This document shows positions 14,201-25,790 of a stretch of 64,000 nucleotides of DNA, piece by piece. Below the pieces are notes generated by a model. The model ran no database searches. It was not told the DNA's origin and saw nothing but the letters and a program-made list of their open reading frames with translations. The stretch is taken from assembly GCF_009914755.1 (NCBI RefSeq), contig NC_060929.1, one strand, 5' to 3'. This DNA is from the human T2T-CHM13v2.0 reference genome, Homo sapiens. How positions within the stretch are numbered: the first letter of the stretch is position 1; the number at the start of each line of letters is the position of its first letter. Made by a program: the position numbers and the translations under genes.

Positions 14201-17200
14201 TGTGTACATTCAACTCACAGAGTTGAACGTTCCCTTAAACAGAGCAGATTTGAAACACTCTTTTTGTGCAATTGGCAAGTGGAGATTTCAAGCGCTTTGA
14301 AGTCAATGGCAGAAAAGGAAATATCTTCGTTTCAAAACTAGATAGAATCATTCCCACAAACTGCGTTGTGATGTGTTCGTTCAACTCACAGAGTTTAACC
14401 TTTCTTTTCATAGAGCAGTTAGGAAACAGTCTGTTTGTAAATTCTGTAAGTGGATATTCTGACAGCTTGTGGCCTTCGTTGGAAACGGGATTTCTTCATA
14501 CTATGCTAGACAGAAGAATACTCAGTAACTTCCTTGTGTTGTGTGTATTCAACTCACAGAGTTGAACGATGGTTTACACAGAGCAGATTTGAAACACTCT
14601 TTTTGTGGAATTAGCAAGTGGAGATTTCAGCCGCTTTGAGGTCAATGGTAGAAAAGGAAATATCTTCGTATAAAAACTAGACAGAATGATTCTCAGAAAC
14701 TCCTTTGTGATGTGTGCGTTCAACTCACAGAGTTTAACCTTTCTTTTCATAGAGCAGTTAGGAAACACTCTGTTTGTAAAGTCTGCAAGTGGATATTCAG
14801 ACCTCTTTGAGGCCTTCGTTGGAAACGGGTTTTTTTCATATAAGGCTAGACAGAAGAATTCCTAGTAATTTCCTTGTGTTGTGTGTGTTCAACTCACAGA
14901 GTTGAACTTTCATTTACACAGAGCAGATTTGAAACACTCTTTTTGTGGAATTTGCAAGTGGAGATTTCAAGCGCTTTGAGACCAAAGGCAGAAAAGGATA
15001 TATCTTCGTATAAAAACTAGACAGAATCATTCTCAGAAAATGCTCTGCGATGTGTGCGTTCAACTCTCAGAGTTTAACTTTTCTTTTCATTCAGCAGTTT
15101 GGAAACAATCTGTTTGTAAAGTCTGCACGTGGATAATTTGACCACTTAGAGGCCTTCGTTGGAAACGGGTTTTTTTCATGTAAGGCTAGACACAATTCTC
15201 AGTAACTTCCTTGTGTTGTGTGTATTCAACTCACAGAGTTGAACGATCCTTTACACAGAGCATACTTGGAACACTCTTTTTGTGGAAGTTGCAAGTGGAG
15301 ATTTCAGCCGCTTTGAAGTCAAAGGTAGAAAAGGAAATATCTTCCTATAAAAACTAGACAGAATGATTCTCAGAAACTCCTTTGTGATGTGTGCATTCAA
15401 CTCACAGAGTTTAACCTTTCTTTTCATAGAGCAGTTAGGAAACACTCTGTTTGTAAAGTCTGCAAGTGGATATTCAGACCTCTTTGAGGCCTTCGTTGGA
15501 AACGGGTTTTTTTCATATAAGGCTAGACAGAAGAATTCCCAGTAACTTCCTTGTGTTGTGTACATTCAACTCACAGAGTTGAACGTTCCCTTAGACAGAG
15601 CAGATTTGAAACACTCTTTTTGTGCAATTGGCAAGTGGAGATTTCAAGCGCTTTGTGGTCAATGGCAGAAAAGGAAATATCTTCGTTTCAAAACTACACA
15701 GAATCATTCCCACAAACTGCGTTGTGATGTGTTCGTTCAACTCACAGACTTTAACCTTTCTTTTCATAGAGCAGTTAGGAAACAGTCTGTTTGTAAATTC
15801 TGTAAGTGGATATTCTGACATCTTGTGGCCTTCGTTGGAAACGGGATTTCTTCATATTCTGCTAGACAGAAGAATTCTCAGAATCTTCCTTGTGTTGTGT
15901 GTATTCAACTCACAGAGTTGAACGATGGTTTACACAGAGCAGATTTGAAACACTCTTTTGGTGGAATTTGCAAGTGGAGATTTCAGCCGCTTTGAGGTCA
16001 ATGGTAGAAAAGGAAATATCTTCGTATAAAAACTAGACAGAATGATTCTCAGAAACTTCTTTGTGATGTGTGCGTTCAACTCACAGAGTTTAACCTTTCT
16101 TTTCATAGAGCAGTTAGGAAACACTGTGTTTTTAAATTGTGCAAGTGGATATTCAGACCTCTTTGAGGCCTTCGTTGGAAACGGGATTTCTTCATACTGT
16201 GCTGGACAGAAGAATTCTCAGTAACTTCCTTGTGTTGTGTGTTTTCAACTCAGAGAGTTGAACGATCCTTTACACAGAGCAGACTTGAAACACTCTTTTT
16301 GTGGAATTTGCAACTGGAGATTTCAGCCGCGTTGATGTCAATGGTAGAAAAGGAAATATCTTCGTATAAAAACTGGACAGAATGATTCTCAGAAACTCCT
16401 TTGTGATGTGTGTGTTCAACTCACAGAGTTTAACCTTTCTTTTCATAGAGCAGTTAGGAAACACTCTGTTTGTAAAGTCTGCAAGTGGATATTCAGACCT
16501 CTTGAGGCCTTCGTTGGAAACGGGTTTTTTTCATATAAGGCTAGACAGAAAAATTCCCAGTAACTTCCTTGTGTTGTGTGTGTTCAACTCACAGAGTTGA
16601 ACTTTCATTTACACAGAGCAGATTTGAAACACTCTTTTTGTGGAATTTGCAAGTGGAGATTTCAAGCGCTTTGAGGCCAAAGGCAGAAAAGGAAATATCT
16701 TCGTATAAAAACTAGACAGAATCATTCTCAGAAACTGCTCTGCGATGTGTGCGTTCAACTCTCAGAGTTTAACTTTTCTTTTCATTCAGCAGTTTGGAAA
16801 CACTCTGTTTGTAAAGTCTGCACGTGGATATTTTGACCACTTAGAGGCCTTCGTTGGAAACGGGTTTTTTTCCTGTAAGGCTAGATAGAAGAATTCCCAG
16901 TAACTTCCTTGTGTTGTGTACATTCAACTCACAGAGTTCAACGTTCCCTTAGACAGAGCAGATTTGAAACACTCTTTTTGTGCAATTGGCAAGTGGAGAT
17001 TTCAAGCGCTTTAAGGTCAATGGCAGAAAAGGAAATATCTTCGTTTCAAAACTAGACAGAATCATTCCCACAAACTGCGTTGTGATGTGTTCGTTCAACT
17101 CACAGAGTTTAACCTTTCTTTTCATAGAGCAGTTAGGAAACAGTCTGTTTGTAAATTCTGTAAGTGGATATTCTGACATCTTGTGGCCTTCGTTGGAAAC

Positions 17201-18699
17201 GGGATTTCTTCATATTCTGCTAGACAGAAGAATTCTCAGAATCTTCCTTGTGTTGTGTGTATTCAACTCACAGAGTTGAACGATGGTTTACACAGAGCAG
17301 ATTTGAAACACTCTTTTTGTGGAATTTGCAAGTGGAGATTTCAGCCGCTTTGAGGTCAATGGTAGAAAAGGAAATATCTTCGTATAAAAACTAGACAGAA
17401 TGATTCTCAGAAACTTCTTTGTGATGAGTGCGTTCAACTCACAGAGTTTAACCTTTCTTTTCATAGAGCAGTTAGGAAACACTCTGTTTGTAAACTCTGC
17501 AAGTGGATATTCAGACCTCTTTGAGGCCTTCGTTGGAAACGGGATTTCTTCATACTGTGCTAGACAGAAGAATTCTCAGTAACTTCCTTGTGTTGTGTGT
17601 ATGCAACTCACAGAGTTGAACGATCCTTTACACAGAGCAGACTTGAAACACTCTTTTTGTGGAATTTGCAAGTGGAGATTTCAGCCGCGTTGAGGTCAAT
17701 GGTAGAAAAGGAAATATCTTCGTATAAAAACTAGACAGAATGATTCTCAGAAACTCCTTTGTGATGTGTGTGTTCAACTCACAGAGTTTAACCTTTCTTT
17801 TCATAGAGCAGTTAGGAAACACTCTGTTTGTAAAGTCTGCAAGTGGATATTCAGACCTCTTTGAGGCCATCGTTGGAAACGGGATTTTTCATATAAGGTT
17901 AGACAGAAGAATTCCCAGTAACTTCCTTGTGTTGTGTGTGTTCAACTCACAGAGATGAACTCTCATTTACACAGAGCAGATTTGAAACACTCTTTTTGTG
18001 GAATTTGCAAGTGGAGATTTCAAGCGCTTTGAGGCCAAAGGCAGAAAAGGAAATATCTTCGTATAAAAACTAGACAAAATCATTCTCAGAAACTGCTCTG
18101 CGATGTGTGTGTTCAACTCTCAGAGTTTAACTTTTCTTTTCATTCAGCAGTTTGGAAACACTCTGTTTGTAAAGTCTGCACGTGGATAATTTGACCACTT
18201 AGAGGCCTTCATTGGAAACGGGTTTTTTTCATGTAAGGCTAGACAGAAGAATTCTCAGTAACTTCCTTGTGTTGTGTGTATTCAACTCACAGAGTTGACC
18301 GATCCTTTACACAGAGCAGACTTGTAACACTCTTTTTGTGGAATTTGCAAGTGGAGATTTCAGCCGCTTTGAAGTCAATGGTAGAAAAGGAAATATCTTC
18401 CTATAAAAACTAGACAGAATGATTCTCAGAAACTCCTTTGTGATGTGTGCGTTCAACTCACAGAGTTTAACCTTTCTTTTCATAGAGCAGTTAGGAAACA
18501 CTCTGTTTGTAAAGTCTGCAAGTGGATATTCAGACCTCTTTGAGGCCTTCGTTGGAAACGGGTTTTTTTCATATAAGGCTAGACAGAAGAATTCCCAGTA
18601 ACTTCCTTGTGTTGTGTGTGTTCAACTCACAGAGTTGAACTTTCATTTACACAGAGCAGATTTGAAACACTCTTTTTGTGGAATTTGCAAGTGGAGATT

Positions 18700-21100
18700 T
18701 CAAGCGCTTTGAGGCCAAAGGCAGAAAAGGAAATACCTTCCTATAAAAACTAGACAGAATCATTCTCAGAAACTGCTCTGCGATGTGTGCGTTCAACTCT
18801 CAGAGTTTAACTTTTCTTTTCATTCAGCAGTTTGGAAACACTCTGTTTGTAAAGTCTGCACGTGGATATTTTGACCACTTAGAGGCCTTCGTTGGAAACG
18901 GGTTTTTTTCCTGTAAGGCTAGACAGAAGAATTCCCAGTAACTTCCTTGCGTTGTGTACATTCAACTCACAGAGTTGAACGTTCCCTTAGACAGAGCAGA
19001 TTTGAAACACTCTTTTTGTGCAATTGGCAAGTGGAGATTTCAAGCGCTTTGAGGTCAATGGCAGAAAAGGAAATATCTTCGTTTCAAAACTAGACAGAAT
19101 CATTCCCACAAACTGCGTTGTGATGTGTTCGTTCAACTCACAGAGTTTAACCTTTCTTTTCATAGAGCAGTTAGGAAACAGTCTGTTTGTAAATTCTGTA
19201 AGTGGATATTCTGACATCTTGTGGCCTTCGTTGGAAACGGGATTTCTTCACATTCTGCTAGACAGAAGAATTCTCAGAATCTTCCTTGTGTTGTGTGTAT
19301 TCAACTCACAGAGTTGAACGATGGTTTACACAGAGCAGATTTGAAACACTCTTTTTGTGGAATTTGCAAGTGGAGATTTCAGCCGCTTTGAGGTCAATGG
19401 TAGAAAAGGAAATATCTTCGTATAAAAACTAGACAGAATGATTCTCAGAAACTTCTTTGTGATGTGTGCGTTCAACTCACAGAGTTTAACCTTTCTTTTC
19501 ATAGAGCAGTTAGGAAACACTCTGTTTGTAAACTCTGCAAGTGGATATTCAGACGTCTTTGAGGCCTTCGTTGGAAACGGGATTTCTTCATACTGTGCTA
19601 GACAGAAGAATTCTCAGTAACTTCCTTGTGTTGTGTGTATTCAACTCACAGAGTTGAACGATCCTTTACACAGAGCGGACTTGAAACACTCTTTTTGTGG
19701 AATTTGCAAGTGGAGATTTCAGCCGCGTTGAGGTCAACGGTAGAAAAGGAAATATCTTCGTATAAAAACTAGACAGAATGATTCTCAGAAACTCCTTTGT
19801 GATGTGTGTGTTCAACTCACAGAGTTTAACCTTTCTTTTCATAGAGCAGTTAGGAAACACTCTGTTTGTAAAGTCTGCAAGTGGATATTCAGACCTCTTT
19901 GAGGCCTTCGTTGGAAACGGGTTTTTTTCATATAAGGCTAGACAGAAGAATTCCCAGTAACTTCCTTGTGTTGTGTGTGTTCAACTCACAGAGTTCAACT
20001 TTCATTTACACAGAGCAGATTTGAAACACTCTTTTTGTGGAATGTGCAAGTGGAGATTTCAAGCGCTTTGAGGCCAAAGGCAGAAAAGGAAATACCTTCG
20101 TATAAAAACTAGACAGAATCATTCTCAGAAACTGCTCTGCGATGTGTGCGTTCAACTCTCAGAGTTTAACTTTTCTTTTCATTCAGCAGTTTGTAAACAC
20201 TCTGTTTGTAAAGTCTGCACGTGGATATTTTGACCACTTAGAGGCCTTTGTTGGAAACGGGTTTTTTTCCTGTAAGGCTAGACAGAAGACTTCCCAGTAA
20301 CTTCCTTGCGTTGTGTACATTCAACTCACAGAGTTGAACGTTCCCTTAGACAGAGCAGATTTGAAACACTCTTTTTGTGCAATTGGCAAGTGGAGATTTC
20401 AAGCGCTTTGAGGTCAATGGCAGAAAAGGAAATATCTTCGTTTCAAAACTAGACAGAATCATTCCCACAAACTGCGTTGTGATGTGTTCGTTCAACTCAC
20501 AGAGTTTAACCTTTCTTTTCATAGAGCAGTTAGGAAACAGTCTGTTTGTAAATTCTGTAAGTGGATATTCTGACATCTTGTGGCCTTCGTTGGAAACGGG
20601 ATTTCTTCATATTCTGCTAGACAGAAGAATTCTCAGAATCTTCCTTGTGTTGTGTGTATTCAACTCACAGAGTTGAACGATGGTTTACACAGAGCAGATT
20701 TGAAACACTCTTTTGGTGGAATTTGCAAGTGGAGATTTCAGCCGCTTTGAGGTCAATGGTAGAAAAGGAAATATCTTCGTATAAAAACTAGACAGAATGA
20801 TTCTCAGAAACTTCTTTGTGATGTGTGCGTTCAACTCACAGAGTTTAACCTTTCTTTTCATAGAGCAGTTAGGAAACACTCTGTTTGTAAACTCTGCAAG
20901 TGGATATTCAGACGTCTTTGAGGCCTTCGTTGGAAACGGGATTTCTTCATACTGTGCTAGACAGAAGAATTCTCAGTAACTTCCTTGTGTTGTGTGTATT
21001 CAACTCACAGAGTTGAACGATCCTTTACACAGAGCGGACTTGAAACACTCTTTTTCTGGAATTTGCAAGTGGAGATTTCAGCCGCGTTGAGGTCAATGGT
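18700..21100 (+). repeat. Tandem duplication of a 1359-bp 8-monomer HOR
   Basis: ATACCTTC 18736/20095, CTTGCGTT 18950/20309, AGACGTCT 19555/20914, GCGGAC 19677/21036. Confidence 0.85.
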
Positions 21101-22029
21101 AGAAAAGGAAATATCTTCGTATAAAAACTAGACAGAATGATTCTCAGAAACTCCTTTGTGATGTGTGTGTTCAACTCACAGAGTTTAACCTTTCTTTTCA
21201 TAGAGCAGTTAGGAAACACTCTGTTTGTAAAGTCTGCAAGTGGATATTCAGCCCTCTTTGAGGCCTTCGTTGGAAACGGGTTTTTTTCATATAAGGCTAG
21301 ACAGAAGAATTCCCAGTAACTTCCTTGTGTTGTGTGTGTTCAACTCACAGAGATGAACTCTCATTTACACAGAGCAGATTTGAAACTCTCTTTTTGTGTA
21401 ATTTGCAAATGGAGATTTCAAGCGCTTTGAGGCCAAAGGCAGAAAAGGAAATATCTTCGTATAAAAACTAGACAGAATCATTCTCAGAAACAGCTCTGCG
21501 ATGTGTGCGTTCAACTCTCAGAGTTTAACTTTTCTTTTCATTCAGCAGTTTGGAAACACTCTGTTTGTAAAGTCTGCACGTACATAATTTGACCACTTAG
21601 AGGCCTTCGTTGGAAACAGGTTTTTTTCAAGTAAGGCTAGACAGAAGAATTCTCAGTAACTTCCTTGTGTTGTGTGTATTCAACTCACACAGTTGAACGA
21701 TCCTTTACACAGAGCAGACTTGTAACACTCTTTTTGTGGAATTTGCAAGTGGAGATTTCAGCCGCTTTGAAGTCAAAGGTAGAAAAGGAAATATCTTCCT
21801 ATAAACACTAGACAGAATGATTCTCAGAAACTCCTTTGTGATGTGTGCGTTCAACTCACAGAGTTTAACCTTTCTTTTCATAGAGCAGTTAGGAAACACT
21901 CTGTTTGTAAAGTCTGCAAGTGGATATTCAGACCTCTTTGAGGCCTTCGTTGGAAACGGGTTTTTTTCATATAAGGCTAGACAGAAGAATTCCCAGTAAC
22001 TTCCTTGTGTTGTGTGTGTTCAACTCACA

Positions 22030-25000
22030 GAGTTGAACTTTCATTTACACAGAGCAGATTTGAAACACTCTTTTTGTGGAATTTGCAAGTGGAGATTTCA
22101 AGCGCTTTGAGGCCAAAGGCAGAAAAGGAAATATCTTCGTATAAAAACTAGACAGAATCATTCTCAGAAACTGCTCTGCGATGTGTGCGTTCAACTCACA
22201 GAGTTTAACTTTTCTTTTCATTCAGCAGTTTGGAAACACTCTGTTTGTAAAGTCTGCACGTGGATAATTTGACCACTTAGAGGCCTTCGTTGGAAACGGG
22301 TTTTTTTCATGTAAGGCTAGACAGAAGAATTCTCAGTAACTTCCTTGTGTTGTGTGTATTCAACTCACAGAGTTGAACGATCCTTTACAAAGAGCAGACT
22401 TGTAACACTCTTTTTGTGGAATTTGCAAGTGGAGATTTCAGCCGCTTTGAAGTCAAAGGTAGAAAAGGAAATATCTTCCTATAAAAACTAGACAGAATGA
22501 TTCTCAGAAACTCCTTTGTGATGTATGTGTTCAACTCACAGAGTTTAACCTTTCTTTTCATTGAGCAGTTAGGAAACACTCTGTTTGTTAAGTCTGCAAG
22601 TGGATATTCAGACCTCTTTGAGGCCTTCGATGGAAACGGGTTTTTTTCATATAAGGCTAGACAGAAGAATTCCCAGTAACTTCCTTGTGTTGTGTGTGTT
22701 CAACTCACAGAGTTGAACTTTCATTTACACAGAGCAGATTTGAAACACTCTTTTTGTGGAATTTACAAGTGGAGATTTCAAGCGCTTTGAGGCCAAAGGC
22801 AGAAAAGGAAATATCTTCGTATAAAAACTAGACAGAATCATTCTCAGAAACTGCTCTGCGATGTGTGCTTTCAACTCTCAGAGTTTAACTTTTCTTTTCA
22901 TTCAGCAGTTTGGAAACACTCTGTTTGTAAAGTCTGCACGTGGATATTTTGACCACTTAGAGGCCTTCGTTGGAAACGGGTTTTTTTCCTGTAAGGCTAG
23001 ACAGAAGAATTCCCAGTAACTTCCTTGTGTTGTGTACATTCAACTCACAGAGTTGAACGTTCCCTTAGACAGAGCAGATTTGAAACACTCTTTTTGTGCA
23101 ATTGGCAAGTGGAGATTTCAAGCGCTTTAAGGTCAATGGCAGAAAAGGAAATATCTTCGTTTCAAAACTAGACAGAATCATTCCCACAAACTGCGTTGTG
23201 ATGTGTTCGTTCAACTCACAGAGTTTAACCTTTCTTTTCATAGAGCAGTTAGGAAACAGTCTGTTTGTAAATTCTGTAAGTGGATATTCTGACATCTTGT
23301 GACCTTCGTTGGAAACGGGATTTCTTCATATTCTGCTAGACAGAAGAATTCTCAGAATCTTCCTTGTGTTGTGTGTATTCAACTCACAGAGTTGAACGAT
23401 GGTTTACACAGAGCAGATTTGAAAAACTCTTTTTGTGGAATTTGCAAGTGGAGATTTCAGCCGCTTTGAGGTCAATGGTAGAAAAGGAAATATCTTCGTA
23501 TAAAAACTAGACAGAATGATTCTCAGAAACTTCTTTGTGATGTGTGCGTTCAACTCACAGAGTTAAACCTTTCTTTTCATACAGCAGTTAGGAAACACTC
23601 TGTTTGTAAACTCTGCAAGTGGATATTCAGACCTCTTTGAGGCCTTCGTTGGAAACGGGATTTCTTCATACTGTGCTAGACAGAAGAATTCTCAGTAACT
23701 TCCTTGTGTTGTGTGTATTCAACTCACAGAGTTGAACGATCCTTTACACAGAGCGGACTTGAAACACTCTTTTTGTGGAATTTGCAAGTGGAGATTTCAG
23801 CCGCGTTGAGGTCAATGGTAGAAAAGGAAATATCTTCTTATAAAAACTAGACAGAATGATTCTCAGAAACTCCTTTGTGATGTGGGTGTTCAACTCACAG
23901 AGTTTAACCTTTCTTTTCGTAGAGCAGTTAGGAAACACTGTGATTGTAAAGTCTGCAAGTGGATATTCCGACCTCTTTGAGGCCTTCGTTGGAAACGGGT
24001 TTTTTTCATATAAGGCTAGACAGAAGAATTCCCAGTAACTTCCTTGTGTTGTGTGTGTTCAACTCACAGAGTTGAACTTTCATTTACACAGAGCAGATTT
24101 GAAACACTCTTTTTGTGGAATTTGCAAGTGGAGATTTCAAGCGCTTTGGGGCCAAAGGCAGAAAAGGAAATATCTTCGTATAAAAACTAGACAGAATCAT
24201 TCTCAGAAACTGCTCTGCGATGTGTGCGTTCAACTCACAGAGTTTAACTTTTCTTTTCATTCAGCAGTTTGGAAACACTCTGTTTGTAAAGTCTGCACGT
24301 GGATAATTTGACCACTTAGAGGCCTTCGTTGGAAACGGGTTTTTTTCATGTAAGGCTAGACAGAAGAATTCTCAGTAACTTCCTTGTGTTGTGTGTATTC
24401 AACTCACAGAGTTGAACGATCCTTTACACAGAGCAGACTTGTAACACTCTTTTTGTGGAATTTGCAAGTGGAGATTTCAGCCGCTTTGAAGTCAAAGGTA
24501 GAAAAGGAAATATCTTCCTATAAAAACTAGACAGAATGATTCTCAGAAACTCCTTTGTGATGTATGTGTTCAACTCACAGAGTTTAACCTTTCTTTTCAT
24601 TGAGCAGTTAGGAAACACTCTGTTTGTTAAGTCTGCAAGTGGATATTCAGACCTCTTTGAGGCCTTCGATGGAAACGGGTTTTTTTCATATAAGGCTAGA
24701 CAGAAGAATTCCCAGTAACTTCCTTGTGTTGTGTGTGTTCAACTCACAGAGTTGAACTTTCATTTACACAGAGCAGATTTGAAACACTCTTTTTGTGGAA
24801 TTTGCAAGTGGAGATTTCAAGCGCTTTGAGGCCAAAGGCAGAAAAGGGAATATCTTCGTATAAAAACTAGACAGAATCATTCTCAGAAACTGCTCTGCGA
24901 TGTGTGCTTTCAACTCTCAGAGTTTAACATTTCTTTTCATTCAGCAGTTTGGAAACACTCTGTTTGTAAAGTCTGCACGTGGATATTTTGACCACTTAGA

Positions 25001-25790
25001 GGCCTTCGTTGGAAACGGGTTTTTTTCCTGTAAGGCTAGACAGAAGAATTCCCAGTAACTTCCTTGTGTTGTGTACATTCAACTCACAGAGTTGAACGTT
25101 CCCTTAGACAGAGCAGATTTGAAACACTCTTTTTGTGCAATTGGCAAGTGGAGATTTCAAGCGCTTTAAGGTCAATGGCAGAAAAGGAAATATCTTCGTT
25201 TCAAAACTAGACAGAATCATTCCCATAAACTGCGTTGTGATGTGTTCGTTCAACTCACAGAGTTTAACCTTTCTTTTCATAGAGCAGTTAGGAAACAGTC
25301 TGTTTGTAAATTCTGTAAGTGGATATTCTGACATCTTGTGACCTTCGTTGGAAACGGGATTTCTTCATATTCTGCTAGACAGAAGAATTCTCAGAATCTT
25401 CCTTGTGTTGTGTGTATTCAACTCACAGAGTTGAACGATGGTTTACACAGAGCAGATTTGAAAAACTCTTTTTGTGGAATTTGCAAGTGGAGATTTCAGC
25501 CGCTTTGAGGTCAATGGTAGAAAAGGAAATATCTTCGTATAAAAACTAGACAGAATGATTCTCAGAAACTTCTTTGTGATGTGTGCGTTCAACTCACAGA
25601 GTTTAACCTTTCTTTTCATACAGCAGTTAGGAAACACTCTGTTTGTAAACTCTGCAAGTGGATATTCAGACCTCTTTGAGGCCTTCGTTGGAAACGGGAT
25701 TTCTTCATACTGTGCTAGACAGAAGAATTCTCAGTAACTTCCTTGTGTTGTGTGTATTCAACTCACAGAGTTGAACGATCCTTTACACAG
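22030..25790 (+). repeat. Tandem duplication with a 2039-bp (12-monomer) period
   Basis: ATGTATG 22525/24564, CATTGAG 22562/24601, CTTCGATGG 22630/24669, GTGACC 23302/25341, CATACAG 23582/25621. Confidence 0.88.
23007..25045 (+). repeat. Example of the full 12-monomer HOR, A-B-C-D1-E-D2 (2039 bp)
   Basis: A (GTACATTC), B (CAGAATCTT, GATGGTTT), C (CCGCGTTG), D1 (GGATAATT, CATGTAAG), E (CTTGTAAC, GAAGTCAAAGG, CTTCCTATA), D2 (GGATATTT, CCTGTAAG). The A-marker ORFs at 23065 and 25104 are 2039 bp apart. Confidence 0.9.

Noticed and set aside
22626-22642. CENP-B box variant CTTCGATGGAAACGGGT (also 24665) as a dead box
   Set aside because: The change is at a non-core position; nTTCGnnnnAnnCGGGn is intact.
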